Source: Camelus dromedarius
Lineage: Eukaryota
Length of the DNA stretch: 64,000 nt
Assembly (NCBI RefSeq): GCF_036321535.1
Contig: NC_087436.1
Coordinates: 28,584,001-28,648,000 of the forward strand
Reading direction: 5' to 3'
The notes beneath the pieces were generated by a model that saw nothing but the letters and a program-made list of their open reading frames with translations, was not told the origin of the DNA and searched no databases. Position numbers and translations under genes: made by a program. This document shows, piece by piece, positions 1 through 11,170 of this stretch; within the stretch, counting starts at the first letter, position 1, and every line of letters begins with the position of its first letter.

Positions 1-265
1 AAAAACTTGCAAATTGTTCATGGTGCAGGTGGCTGGGATGGCACCAAAAGACCACAAGCAGTCTTGCCATAGTGGTGCCTACTGACACTGCTCCCGCCTG
101 GCAGTGGTGTGAACATTCTCACTGCCTGACATTCTGCCAGTTTTGTGAGCCTAGTTCTGTAGACATCATTTGCATTTTGTAACCCACTTAGTAAGATTCC
201 AATAATTCCTTTTTCTGTTTAAAAATATCAATTTCTATTGTTTGAAAAAAAAAAAAACTCTGATG
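1..265 (+). mobile_element. 3' part of an old ERVL/MaLR-type LTR (LTR16/MLT1-like)
   Basis: End motif 'ccaataattcctttttctgttt...tttctattgtttg' resembles MLT1/LTR16 U5 ends; heavily diverged. Confidence 0.4.
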
Positions 266-929
266 GATGCCATCCCCCAATCTCCCTCTCAGGCTAACCA
301 CACACTAAACATTTCACTTCTTCAGTGTTCATCATTGTAGTGATTTGCACTTTTACCCCAAAGTCACCCGCACCATAAATATGGGTACAATTTTTGTTCT
401 TCTCTCTTTAGATTTAATTATTTGCTGGGTCCTATTAATTCTAGAGATTTTACATGCCTTTGATGCCCAGTGCCTCCTTGCCAGCCTTATTAATCACTTC
501 TTATTTAAGGCTCTTGTAATATTTCAACTAGAATATTGTGAATTGTATAACTACATCATTTGTTTTCCCTTTCCAAAATGTCTATTGTGTTAATGTTAGA
601 AAATTAATAATATTAATGAAAGACAAATATTTCTAAAATACAAATCTATTTTATTAGTCATCACCTACCTATAGCTTATTGGGTAAAAATCAAAGCCAGA
701 ATAAGAACCAGTAATAATTGTAGCATTATTTTGTCATGTATAGTACAGTACAGACATACACTTGTTCTTTCACTAACATGCAAGGTATACAACTTATGTC
801 CTTCTCATAATCATGAACCTGAGTTGAACAATGTCTCCAAAGTCTTCAAGCAGGTCCTTCTATACTGAGCTCAGATTTAAATTATCTGTACCATCTCTTT
901 CTTGAAAGTACACTGCTGCAGCCTCTGAT

Positions 930-1400
930 TAAAGTGTGAAGCTGGGAGTCCAGATGACTGAATTTTTTTTTTTTTTGACACAGTTTACTGATTCAATGAT
1001 GGGCGCTTAACTCAACCTAAGCCTACTGATTTCTCTAAAATTTGAATTAAGAAGCATGTGGTTAGACCTATAGTGACAGCCACTGGATTTAAGAAATTCA
1101 TTTCAAGTCAGGGACAGAACTGCACTAGTCCAAAACGATTTTGCCATTGTGAAAGAAGAAGACTAAGAGCCTTTAAAGACAAAAGCTGACAGAACTAGAG
1201 AGAGGGGAGAGGGAAGTGGGGGCGGAGAGAAAGGGAGACTCAATGGAGAAAATAGACTCAGAGAGTCATTTAGCACAGCTGTGTGAAGATTTTCCTGAAA
1301 TGTAGGTCCCATGGGAAGCTCTGATGACGATTATTATATATTCTCCTTCATGAGAACCCGTTTGAGTGGGCTTTTGCACTCTGCAACTTAGTTATCTCTA
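930..1400 (+). mobile_element. Degraded ERVL/MaLR LTR (LTR16/MLT1J-like)
   Basis: Ends with 'gtttgagtgggcttttgcactctgcaac', typical of these LTR 3' ends; purine-rich internal stretch. Confidence 0.4.
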
Positions 1401-3769
1401 GGTTAGAGGCTGTACCAAATCTATCTTTCCTAAATTAAAAGTATGGTCTTTATATTCTTTTCATTACTCTCTCAAAACATTTCAAATACTATAACATTTT
1501 ACTTTCCTTTTCTTCAATGTTTGCAACTCCTCAAGGGTTATTTCAGTATCAACTTGGACTTCAATTTTAAACCTGTATTTTCTTGCGTGTGCTGTTTATA
1601 TTACTTAAGCATATTATCCAGTGAGTCTATTTGTGCTGATCATTTTAAATTAATTTTTTTCTAGTATTCTTTCAGCGTGTAGCTTTAGTTAGCAAGAATT
1701 TCCTCAACTTGCTGCTCTCATAATATTTTTTTTTTGCTTCTGTCTTGACCCCTTTGAAATAACGTAGTCATGTTTGCTGCTTTCAAATCCTCTAGAATCT
1801 CTCCCAAGTCTAGTGAACTTTAAAAAATGTCAGTTAAAGGTTCACTGGTTTTCTTGTTCACTTCCTTTAAAATTCATGGATAGCCGCCATCGAGATGGCT
1901 GCTCTGTCTACTTGAAGCACAGCGCCCTTAGCAGTTCTACTTTTTATCTATACCTTTCTCACTCTTTATCTTACAATTTTATGAAATCTATTCTTGGCTG
2001 AAAAATATCTTATTTCTTGCTTTATTTCTGAACACAGATTTAAATAAATATTTTCGCTTGCCATGACTGAAATGATGATATAACTCTGTTATTGGAGAAA
2101 ATAATTTTTAATATACTGAAATTAAAATAACAGCAAATATATGTAGTTTAAAACTAAGGATTATGTAAGTATTTTCTAGAAGTTTTTAAAATAATTTATG
2201 AAAGCTTATTCCCTTATTCCTAAGAAATTATGTGCAAAGCATTACTGCATACCTAATGATAAGTTTTTCCTGAGATAAAGGAGTGAAGGAATTGGTGGAC
2301 ATATATACACATGCACACTCCTCTAAAAATGAGACTCTGTTTACAAATCAGATGTGTATTATCTAAGCACTATACATTTAGTCATATTAGCTATGACTAA
2401 ACAAAAATCCATAGGTGAATATAGAGAATGGTGTTGATATTTTAATAAAGAAGATATATGTGTACATACAGCCAAAATAAGAGAAGAGTAATTCTGTAAA
2501 TGAAGCTTTAACACGTACTATCATGAATATCAGTTTATAGTTTTAATAAATAGTTTTACACAGTTCAACATTAGGTACGTATTAAGAAAGTTACCATCTA
2601 GGTCTCAATAAATCATTTATTTGGAATTTCAGAAATTTAGTATAAGCAGTCCGAACACTTTATTTCCACAGATGATTAGAAGTGTTCCTTTTTCATGATA
2701 TTTTATAGTAGTATATTCATGGAATAATATAGTCAAATCATATTATGAAATATCTCCCCAATTTTAAAAATCTTTAATCATATAATATAGGTCACATAGA
2801 CAGGCCTGAATTTTATTGAAATGTTGTTAGTGGTAAATCAAATGAACATCTGTTTTTCAGTTTCCTATGAAAATTCAGGTTTCAAACTCTTGTATATTTT
2901 GGTGGAAACTGTTCTATTATCTCTGTGTTTGTTAGTTCTATACAATTATCTAAAAAAAAGAGCTAGTTTTTGTATTGTTACCTGAAAAGAAGTTACCGTC
3001 AGAAAATGTCTATTGAGTACTGACAGATTAGAATTCCCCATTTTATAAAACATAATGTGACTCATGTTGTCAAGAAAAAATGTTTAATTCAGATGGCAGA
3101 AAGTTGCTTCATACTATATGTATTGCAATAAATTAATGTACATGAAACCATGTTTACAAGACATGATAAAGAATTCAACCTTTTTAAAAAATGGAAGCCC
3201 ACCTCTAATGATCTTTTTTTTTTTTAATATTAAAAGAATGAGATTCCAATATTTTTTTTCACCTCCTGGGAAGATTTTCCAATTAAAATTAAACTTTTCT
3301 TGTTTTTGAGGAAAGTTTCACTAAAATTTGTCATGGGTAATGATTTAATTTCTGAACTGAATAAGCATTAAGGAAATGGCGGGGGGAAACCCCACTGGAT
3401 TGGGTTGGTAAAGTGATAGAAGAAAGGATGAGCTTTTGTAGGGAACTAAAGGAGGAAAAGATGGTGTTCCCAGTGATAAATTAGGTCAACAAGTAGATCA
3501 TAAAGGTTTCGAGGTATTGAAGGGCTGGAAATCTAGTGATTATTCTGGAGGGAAAGCCTACCCAGGGGAAGGAAAAGGAATCAAGGCTCTTGACAGTAGT
3601 GACAGTAGTAACTCACGGAAATGCACTTGGAGTCATTACCTACAGTGCCCACTCTGCCAAAAAATGGGCGACACCAATGGCTGTGTCCTGGGACTGGGAA
3701 AAGTGTCAGCTATTCCCTGCTCGACATCTACCTGCTCAGCATTCTACAGCACCTCCAGCAGGATTGAAA

Positions 3770-5237
3770 TGAGATAAATGTTGTTCTCATGCTTTCTAAC
3801 ACAACATCCAGTCTGCAGCCCGTGGATCAAGGAGTTAATTTAACTTTCGAGTCTTATTATTTAAGAAATATAGTTCATAAAACTGTATCTGTCATTTATA
3901 TTGATTCCTCTGATGGATCTTGGCAACGTCAATTGAAAACCGCTGGAAAGAATTCACTATCCTAGTTACCATTAAAAGCATTAATGATTCATGGGCACAG
4001 GTCAAAATACCAACATTAACAGGAGTTTGGAAGTAGTTGATTCCAATCCTCATGGATGACTTTGAGGGGTCCAAGACTTCAGTGGAGAAAGTAACTGCAG
4101 ATGAGGTTGAATTAGCAAGATAACTAGAATTAGAAGTGGAGTCTGAATATGAGACTGAATTGCTGAAATCTCATGATCAAACTTTAATGATAAGTTGATT
4201 CTTAAGATGAGCAAAGAAAGTCATTTCTTGAGTTGGAATCTACTCCTGCTAAAGAAGCTGTGGAGATTGTTGAAATGACAATGAAGGATTTAGAATATTA
4301 CATAAACTTATTTGACAAAGCAGTAGCAGGGTTTGAGAGATTGACTCTGATTTTGAAAGAGGTTCTACTGTGGGTAAAATGCTATCAAACAGCATTGCAT
4401 ACAACAGAGAAATTGTTCATGAAAGGAAGAGTCAATTGACGCGCAAACTTTGTGTTATCTTATTTTAAGAAATTTCTACAGCTACCCCGTCCTTCAGTAA
4501 CCACCACTCTGACCCATCATCAGCCATCAATATAGGGGCAAGACCCTCCACCAGGAAAAACAGATTCACTGAAGGCTCATATAATAGTATTTTTTAGCAA
4601 TAAGGTATTTTTAAATTAAGTTATTGTCGACAGCCTTAAGTGAGTAGGCCATGGGGCCCAGGCCAAAGTTCAATAGCTTGCACCTGGTAACAGGTAAATG
4701 TACGCATGCGCCAGTAGCGTGACCACCACGCATGCGCCAGTAGTGTAGCCAATACGCATGTGCCAATAGTATGAGTACTGCATTATGAACAATACGCGTG
4801 AACAGGCAGAATATACAAAAAAGACAATTGCGCCATGCCGGCGGCGTGCCGTCTTGTTGAACTAGAGGAAAGTGCTGAGCGCCGCCGCCGCCGCCGCCAC
4901 CGCTGCCCACCATGCGCGCCGCCCGTTTGTACTGTAATAAAGTGCTGTTTTGCTCCATGTCTGCTCCTCGCGCATAATGTCGGCTCCTCGTGCCTTGTTC
5001 CAGTTGCGGCATCTCACCTCCTCGAATCCCTCTCCAGCCTCCCTCGGCTGACAGGTATGTACATTTTGTAGACAAAAGAGTGTGCTATTTAATACTTAAT
5101 AGACTACAGTGCAGTATAAACATAACTTTTATATGCACCGGGAAACAAAAAAAAATGCATGTGACTCTCTTTATTCAGATAATCACTCTGTTGTGGTGGT
5201 CTGGCACCGAGCCTACAGTATCTCTGAGCTGTGCCTG
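3770..5237 (+). mobile_element. Tigger1 DNA transposon, 3' portion (decayed transposase C-terminus and right TIR), interrupted by a solo LTR at 4625-5053
   Basis: Matches recalled Tigger1 sequence ('aacacaacatcc...gcagcccgtggatcaagg', 'ctcatggatgactttgaggggt'). ORF 4233-4439 ([35 protein letters not shown]) is the transposase C-terminus. Ends 'gtgcctg' followed by TA (5238-5239). Confidence 0.93.
4625..5053 (+). mobile_element. Young CpG-rich solo LTR (429 bp) of an endogenous retrovirus
   Basis: TG...CA termini with an imperfect terminal inverted repeat (TGTCGACAGCC / GGCTGACA); 5-bp TSD GTTAT (4620-4624) / GGTAT (5054-5058); cleanly splits the Tigger1 sequence TTAAGGTATGTAC; TATA-like element about 4810-4820; AATAAA 4936-4941; about 30 CpGs. 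Confidence 0.85.
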
Positions 5238-6446
5238 TACTGTGTGCCCACAACACAGATAATTATCTTGAAGTAATATTAATCCTAAAGTCTTCCAGTT
5301 CAGTTTTAGAATTTCTCATTGTTTATCTTGAGAGGTCACAGCATTAATAGTCTTAAATATAAGTTGTCTATTTCTTTACAAGTACCAAAAGAAAAGTGTG
5401 GGGTGAAGTCTAGCAGAGGTGCACGTAGACAATATGTCAGTAGCAATGATACATTCATACCACAGAAGTTTGTAGGGACCCAAAGGGACCCACCCAGAGT
5501 CAGGCTTTGTCAAGGGTCCCAGTGGTGGTGGTTTCAACCCCCAAACTTGAAAGCATCATTTGTTTATCTCTTATTTTGATGCTAAGTTTTGCCAGGATCA
5601 CTATCACCTGTACATCATTTTCTAAAAAGCCCCCAAAGTGCAATTTTCTTTTATCTCCCCATTTAACTGTAAACTTGGCATGGGGCCTCTGGTAATTCCT
5701 GGGGACAGAGGAACATGGGCTTAAGCTCTGGTCTAGTTTATTTCTGAATATTAGAGTTCTGGACTAAGACTGGCCGAGCCATCCACCCTTTTGCCTCACT
5801 TCCCTGCCCAGCCCCACAGGGAGGAGTGGAGGGAACAGAGCCCTTGTCAATCACAGGGCTACCCAGCAGGATTTAGCTACAGTCTCTCTGGGTTGGGGCG
5901 AGTAAAGTGGAGAGCTGGGCGGAGCAGCCTGCAGGAGTGGGTAACCATTTCCTGGTCAGTCTCCAAGGGGCTGTGCGGGGCAGGCTGGGGCTGCTGCTGC
6001 TGCTGCTTGTCATTTCTTGGCGGCACCTGCTCTCTGGGCTCTCTGAGGAAGGAGTTTGTACTAAGTGCACCACACTTGGCCACTGTCCCTTCTTAGCTTT
6101 AGCAAGATACCTTTGGAGAAGATCTAACTAAATCTCTAAGATGTCTTTGGTGCCACAGGACTAATCAGTCCTAAATAGCTCTGTACTCTTTTTTTCCCCC
6201 CTCTAAAATTTCAACAACCTGCTGCACTGCTAGGTTTTTATCAGCCCTAGAGACCTGCTTACAGTTATTTAGCTCCCAAAAATCTCTCAACCACCTCTGG
6301 TCCTTTTGAAGCCCACATACAATGGCTAGGGAACTCCTTCCCTAGCATTTTTCAAACCTGACTGTTGGGTCTGTAATCTAACCTACTATGTGATCTTAGC
6401 CAAGAGTCAGGGGCCAAAGAGAAGGATCAAAGATCCTCATTGGAAG

Positions 6447-6492
6447 CAACAAACAAACAAACAAACAAACAAAACCAACCAACCAAACAAAA
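6447..6492. repeat. (CAAA)n/(CCAA)n microsatellite
   Basis: caacaaacaaacaaacaaacaaacaaaaccaaccaaccaaacaaaa. Confidence 0.9.
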
Positions 6493-6711
6493 CTTTGTAT
6501 CAGCAATGTACTAGCAACCCCAAAGAATGCAGCGTTGCTTCTGTAAATATTCCCCATGACCACTCCCCATGGCAGGTGAAGTGCTTATGGGGCTCTAAGA
6601 CTGGCAAATGGTCCACTAGCACCCATGAAGAATGTGCACCAGACTCGGAGAGGTGCTCTGCAGGATTTTCAGGCATTTTGCTCTTCACAATGGCATTGTG
6701 CTTAGTCGAGT

Positions 6712-6729
6712 ACCCTGTTGGCTGAGCCA
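6712..6729 (-). other. Retroviral primer binding site, tRNA-Ser-like
   Basis: Minus strand reads LTR...TGACA-AAT-TGGCTCAGCCAACAGGGT, a 15/18 match to TGGCGCAGCGAGCAGGGT (recalled complement of a tRNA-Ser 3' end). Confidence 0.65.
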
Positions 6730-6732
6730 ATT

Positions 6733-7479
6733 TGTCAAGAGCTCATTTGAGCTAGAAAGAGAATTAAGCTGCCAAGTGTCAGAGTAGTAGATTAAAGCAA
6801 CAAGTCAAAACGGAAGTTAGAATCAAGACTTTAATTACTTACAGTGTAAACAAGAGACTCAACCAGGGAAAGCATCGACTTCCCTAGTTCCATTTCCTGC
6901 AGAGAACAAGGCACATTGGCAAAAGTCAAGTGAATCAGCACAGACCTGAGAGCTATCTCACTGCCCAGAGATCCCAGAACAAAAGGCTTCTGAAGTTTTA
7001 TGGACCCAGGAGTCAGGGGAGGGAAAAGATGGAGGGCTAGGAGTAGAATATTTCTAGGAACTGAGAGTAAGGGAAAAAGTCTTAAAGGTCCCCTCTCCCA
7101 TCCCCTGGCCCATAAGGAGCCCTCAGCTGAGATGTCTGAACAAGATCTGGGCTGAAAACCTTAGACAAATAAATATTGGAATGTAGATGCCTGGGTCAAG
7201 AATGCAAATTGCATAAGAGCATGGCTGGCCGGAGGGGCCTGAATCCTTGCCTGCAGCCCCTCCAGAGACAAATGCTTTGTGTGCATCAAGTTTCCTGTAT
7301 GGAGGGCAGCTTTCCCCCATGAGGCCTGCCAGGTAGGGATACTGTAGGTGTCTATGATCTGGCCTGAAAAATCACAAATAAATACTTTGGCCAGAAGTAG
7401 CCTCCTCGGATGGTAGAGATAATAGATGAACACATGTAGTCTGACTTTGACTTCAGCCATGGGATGCTTAACCGTTACA
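6733..7479 (-). mobile_element. 5' LTR of an ERVL-class element (MER54/MER73/MER74-like)
   Basis: Minus strand TGTAACGGTTAAG...CTTGACA termini; ATTAAA at 6830-6835 (minus); followed by a PBS. Confidence 0.7.
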
Positions 7480-7519
7480 TTGTGATACTTCTGTGTTACA
7501 TGCTATTAGAGAGTGAAAA

Positions 7520-8630
7520 GTGCTTAAAAGATCTTTCTTTTGATTTTTGGTTCTTAGTAGCCTGACCAAGTTGTGGTCAAGAATGGTTTTCTTCAAATTT
7601 AACTCATTTGAGTTTTGCTGAGATTCTTAAATTTAAAAATTTATGTCTTCCAATATTTGAAGGTAATTTTGAACTATTAGTTTTTCAAATATTGTTCTGC
7701 TTCATTTTCTTTCATTTATCCTTCTAGGATTTCAATTACCCATATGCTAGGCTTTCTCCCTTTTTCTCCAGATTCATGGACCTCTGTTCATTATTTGTCC
7801 ATTTTTTTTCTTTCTCTTACTGGATAATTTTTATTGGTGTATTTTCAAGCCCACTGGCCCTTTACTCTTTAAACTTCTTTCTGCCACTTAATCCACCCAG
7901 GGATTTTTTTTTAAATTTAAGATATGAATTTTTCAGTTTTATAATTTCCATTTGGTTCTTTTCAGTATTTTATATTTCTCTGAAGTCACCTATTTTTTAA
8001 TTTATGTCAAGAGTAAATTCCTTTACCTTAATGCCCTTGGTTATGATAGCTTCTTCCAAGTCTTTGTTTTATAATTCCAACATCTAGGTCATCACAGGAT
8101 GAACTCTGATCATCTTTCCCTTTGAGAACATTTTCATGTTTCTTCATATGTTGAATGATTTTGAACTTTACACCCAACTTTACGATGTGTTGCCGTGTAG
8201 ATTGTTGATTCTACGATATTCCTTTGAAGCCTGTTGATATATTTGTTTTACCAGGCAATTAACTTTGTTAGACTCAAGCTGCAAATTCTCTCTTGCCTGC
8301 CATAAGTGGTAGCTCAAATTTCAGTTCAGAATGATCTCAGCTCACTCATTAAATGCATGGTTCAGATGTCATCCTGAGACTTGGGTAGAGTTTAAACATA
8401 CGTTTTGGGGTTACCTGTCTCTGGCTCTCTCCTTTCCCAAGTCTGCCCAGGAGTCTTGGTTGCCTTGACTCCTTCCCCTGATACTGTAAACCAGAATCCA
8501 GAAAGTCTGTGGGCTGGGCTGAGCCACTGAAATCACAAACTCACCTTATCCTGTTTGCTTTCTCCATTCATCATCTCTCCTGTAAAGTCTGCTTATTTTT
8601 TTCACTCTCCCGAGCCTTCTGTGGATAACA
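7520..8630 (-). mobile_element. Old L1 (L1M/HAL1-type) ORF1/5' region fragment
   Basis: T-rich antisense ORF1-like sequence ('tttttcaaatattgttctgcttcattttctttc...ggatttcaattacccatatg'). Confidence 0.65.
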
Positions 8631-8639
8631 CCATGTACA

Positions 8640-8928
8640 GTCTCTGTTTGTGTTCATAAGTTTGATAAATTTTACCTTTTTACAATAGATTTGTGTATAT
8701 CATTATGATAGCTAATGATAAAACAGACTAATATCTACATATATTTTATGCAGTTATGATGTCAAAATTTTTTCTTAATTTTTTCCCACATTTATAGGCT
8801 ACTTAGTTTGTTTCCAGTTTTTTCAAATTGTTTTAAATCTCAAAAAATTTTTCCAATATGTTTATTTTTAAAATATGCATGTAATTGGAGCTGCACAGCT
8901 CAAACCTCTATCGTTCAAGGGTCAAATG
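8640..8928 (+). mobile_element. Tigger2/MER8-type DNA transposon right end
   Basis: Ends 'cacagctcaaacctctatcgttcaagggtcaaatg' followed by TA, matching the recalled Tigger2 TIR GTTCAAGGGTCAACTG. Confidence 0.75.
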
Positions 8929-8939
8929 TATTTCTAAGC

Positions 8940-9480
8940 TGAGTTTGCTAAGCAATTTGATTTTTGATGTGAAAAAAAGATATGAACCAAGACTTAATTT
9001 GAGCAGGTGCATATACAAATTTGTTATTAAATGTTAGGAAAAATCTGAGAGAAGAAGCCAGTTGCGATTCAAGTTTGACTTTGGGCATGTTAATTTTGCA
9101 CTGTGTATTTAACATTTAAGAGATTATCCAACTGTGTAATTTAGCCAAGATGATCAAATTGGAAATATAAATTTGGAGTTATTGGTGTTCAGATAGTATT
9201 TAAAACCATGGCACTGGATGATATCACTTAGCAAGGAAAATAGATAGAGAAGGCCCTTCGACAAACACCAGTCATGGCCACATTTAGAGGTCATGAATAA
9301 GAATAATTCATACCAGAAGACTGAGCCAGCAACGCCAGTGGGATAGATGGGTGCAGAGGATTATGTTACCACAGAAGCCAAGTGAACAAAACACATAAAG
9401 AGGAGCATGATTGAGTCAAAAGTTGCTAATAGTTGTCAAATATGTAGGCTTAGACTTGATCATTGAATAGTACGTTAGCA
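8940..9480 (-). mobile_element. L2 LINE fragment
   Basis: 'ggaaatataaatttggagttattggtgttcagatagtatttaaaaccatggcactggatgatatcac' is typical antisense L2. Confidence 0.7.
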
Positions 9481-10974
9481 GGTGACTTTCACAAGAGTAA
9501 TATTTTAGAAACAAAATGGATGTGAAAAACTGATGATTCAGAATGAAGACACTTCCCTTTTTGTGCACTTTCCTTTTAATCAAGCTAGCTTCATCTCTGT
9601 TATACATATTTCTTCCACTTTCACGTATATGTAACTCTCTCTGGCCTACTTTCTTAACTTGAGGGCCTCAGCACACATTTTGAAGCTTTTACAAACTACA
9701 GGTTAAATAAAATGTTATGTTCTCCATGAAACTTCCTGCAGTCTTTCCCATTCAATGAACTTTTCTCCTTTTTTAAATGTCAATGGCACATCAAAATCCC
9801 ATTCTGAGACTATCACTTTGTATTGTCTGTCCTTGCAGACTGAGGATCATGGCTTATCTTTTTCAAATTCCTGCCCCTACTACTACCAGGCATGCCACTG
9901 TTTGGTAAATTAGATAAAAATGCCACTCAGTGAAACTATAATCCACAGAGACCCTGAGCCAGATCAGTATTTATGTTAACTCTAAGCATTTTGCTTACAG
10001 GGAAAATTTCCTAATTATCACAAAATCTCTTCAGAACCACTGAAACTGAAGCATAATTCCTGAAGGTAGCTAATACAAATGGTCCCCAACTGATCATATT
10101 TCAGAAAAAAAGAAAGATAATTATACTTCTTTTTTTATTTTACCTTGGATTTATTTCTCTATTCATATTTTCTGTACTAATTAGGAAAATAAGAATATAA
10201 AAGTCAAGGATACAGGTACCTTGATCAAATGTTCCCAGTTCCCTAGATTGTGGCAATATAATATCCAAGTTCTGAAAAATTTCTATGAATGTGGATCAGA
10301 ATGTAAACTTCTATGCTCTAATTCACTCTAATACTACACAAAGATTGAGAAATATTAAGGTCACAATTTTTAATTCATAGTTTTGCTGGAGAATAAAAGG
10401 AAAGAAACACTCTGGAAAAAAAAACTTTATTTATAGGCAAGTATACTCAGCAATTAAAACACTGTACACCCACTGAAACTGTGTATAATTTATTTGCAAA
10501 TCAATCAGGTTGGGTCAAGTTGGTCATGAATAAGCACGAGTAACAATTATACATGATATTCTTTTAAATTCAAAATGTAATTCCATCACAGTTTGTGACA
10601 GAATTAGACTAGAGAAATTTGATATCTCACTTAGCTGCCACTGTGAATTTTTGTATCATGGTAGCCAAGGTAAAAATTGCTTTTATCCACATTATTTTTG
10701 AGGCTTATAGGTTGGGTCAATCAAATATGTCTAATAATGTTGAGTCACATTTAATAAAAGTAGCCTATTAGCTAATCCTAGAACAGTTCAACTTAAATAG
10801 AAACTGTACATCCAGTTTTGATAGGGGACTTTTCCCCACACTTCTTTGTCATTCCTGAACACTCCCGGATGCTTGCTCCATGTAGCTGGGATGAGTAACC
10901 TGAGCAAGTGTACAACATACACTTGTCAGATTTCTTGACTGAATAGAGCTAATCTAAAGAAATTTCACAAGCAT

Positions 10975-11170
10975 AAGGGATACAGGAGCCATATTGCTGA
11001 GATTCAAATCCTGGCGCTGCCACTTACTTAGTACTTACAAAGTCACAGTATGACTTTGGGCAAATACTTTCCTCATCATTAAAGGTGGGAAGATCATATT
11101 GATACCTGTAAGACAGGGTTTTATTGAGGCACAAAATAGTGAATATATTTAAAAGTGCTTAAGCAGAAGA
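10975..11170 (+). mobile_element. MIR SINE
   Basis: 'gattcaaatcctggcgctgccacttact...tgactttgggcaa' MIR core. Confidence 0.75.

Larger units (their letters stand above)
5470..6732 (-). mobile_element. Degraded ERV internal sequence (leader/gag region) following the LTR at 6733-7479
   Basis: Directly follows a PBS on the minus strand; GC-richer than the flanks; no intact gag ORF; left boundary approximate. Confidence 0.55.

Noticed and set aside
4835..5053. CpG-island promoter or first exon of a cellular gene
   Set aside because: Bounded by TG...CA and a TSD inside Tigger1 and contains AATAAA, so it is better explained as an LTR.
4611..5075. 154-aa minus-strand ORF with poly-Gly
   Set aside because: Arises from the GC-rich LTR and its (GCC)n tract; no recognisable protein.
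5877..6131. PolyQ/polyL/polyC ORFs
   Set aside because: Products of a short CTG tract in degraded ERV sequence.
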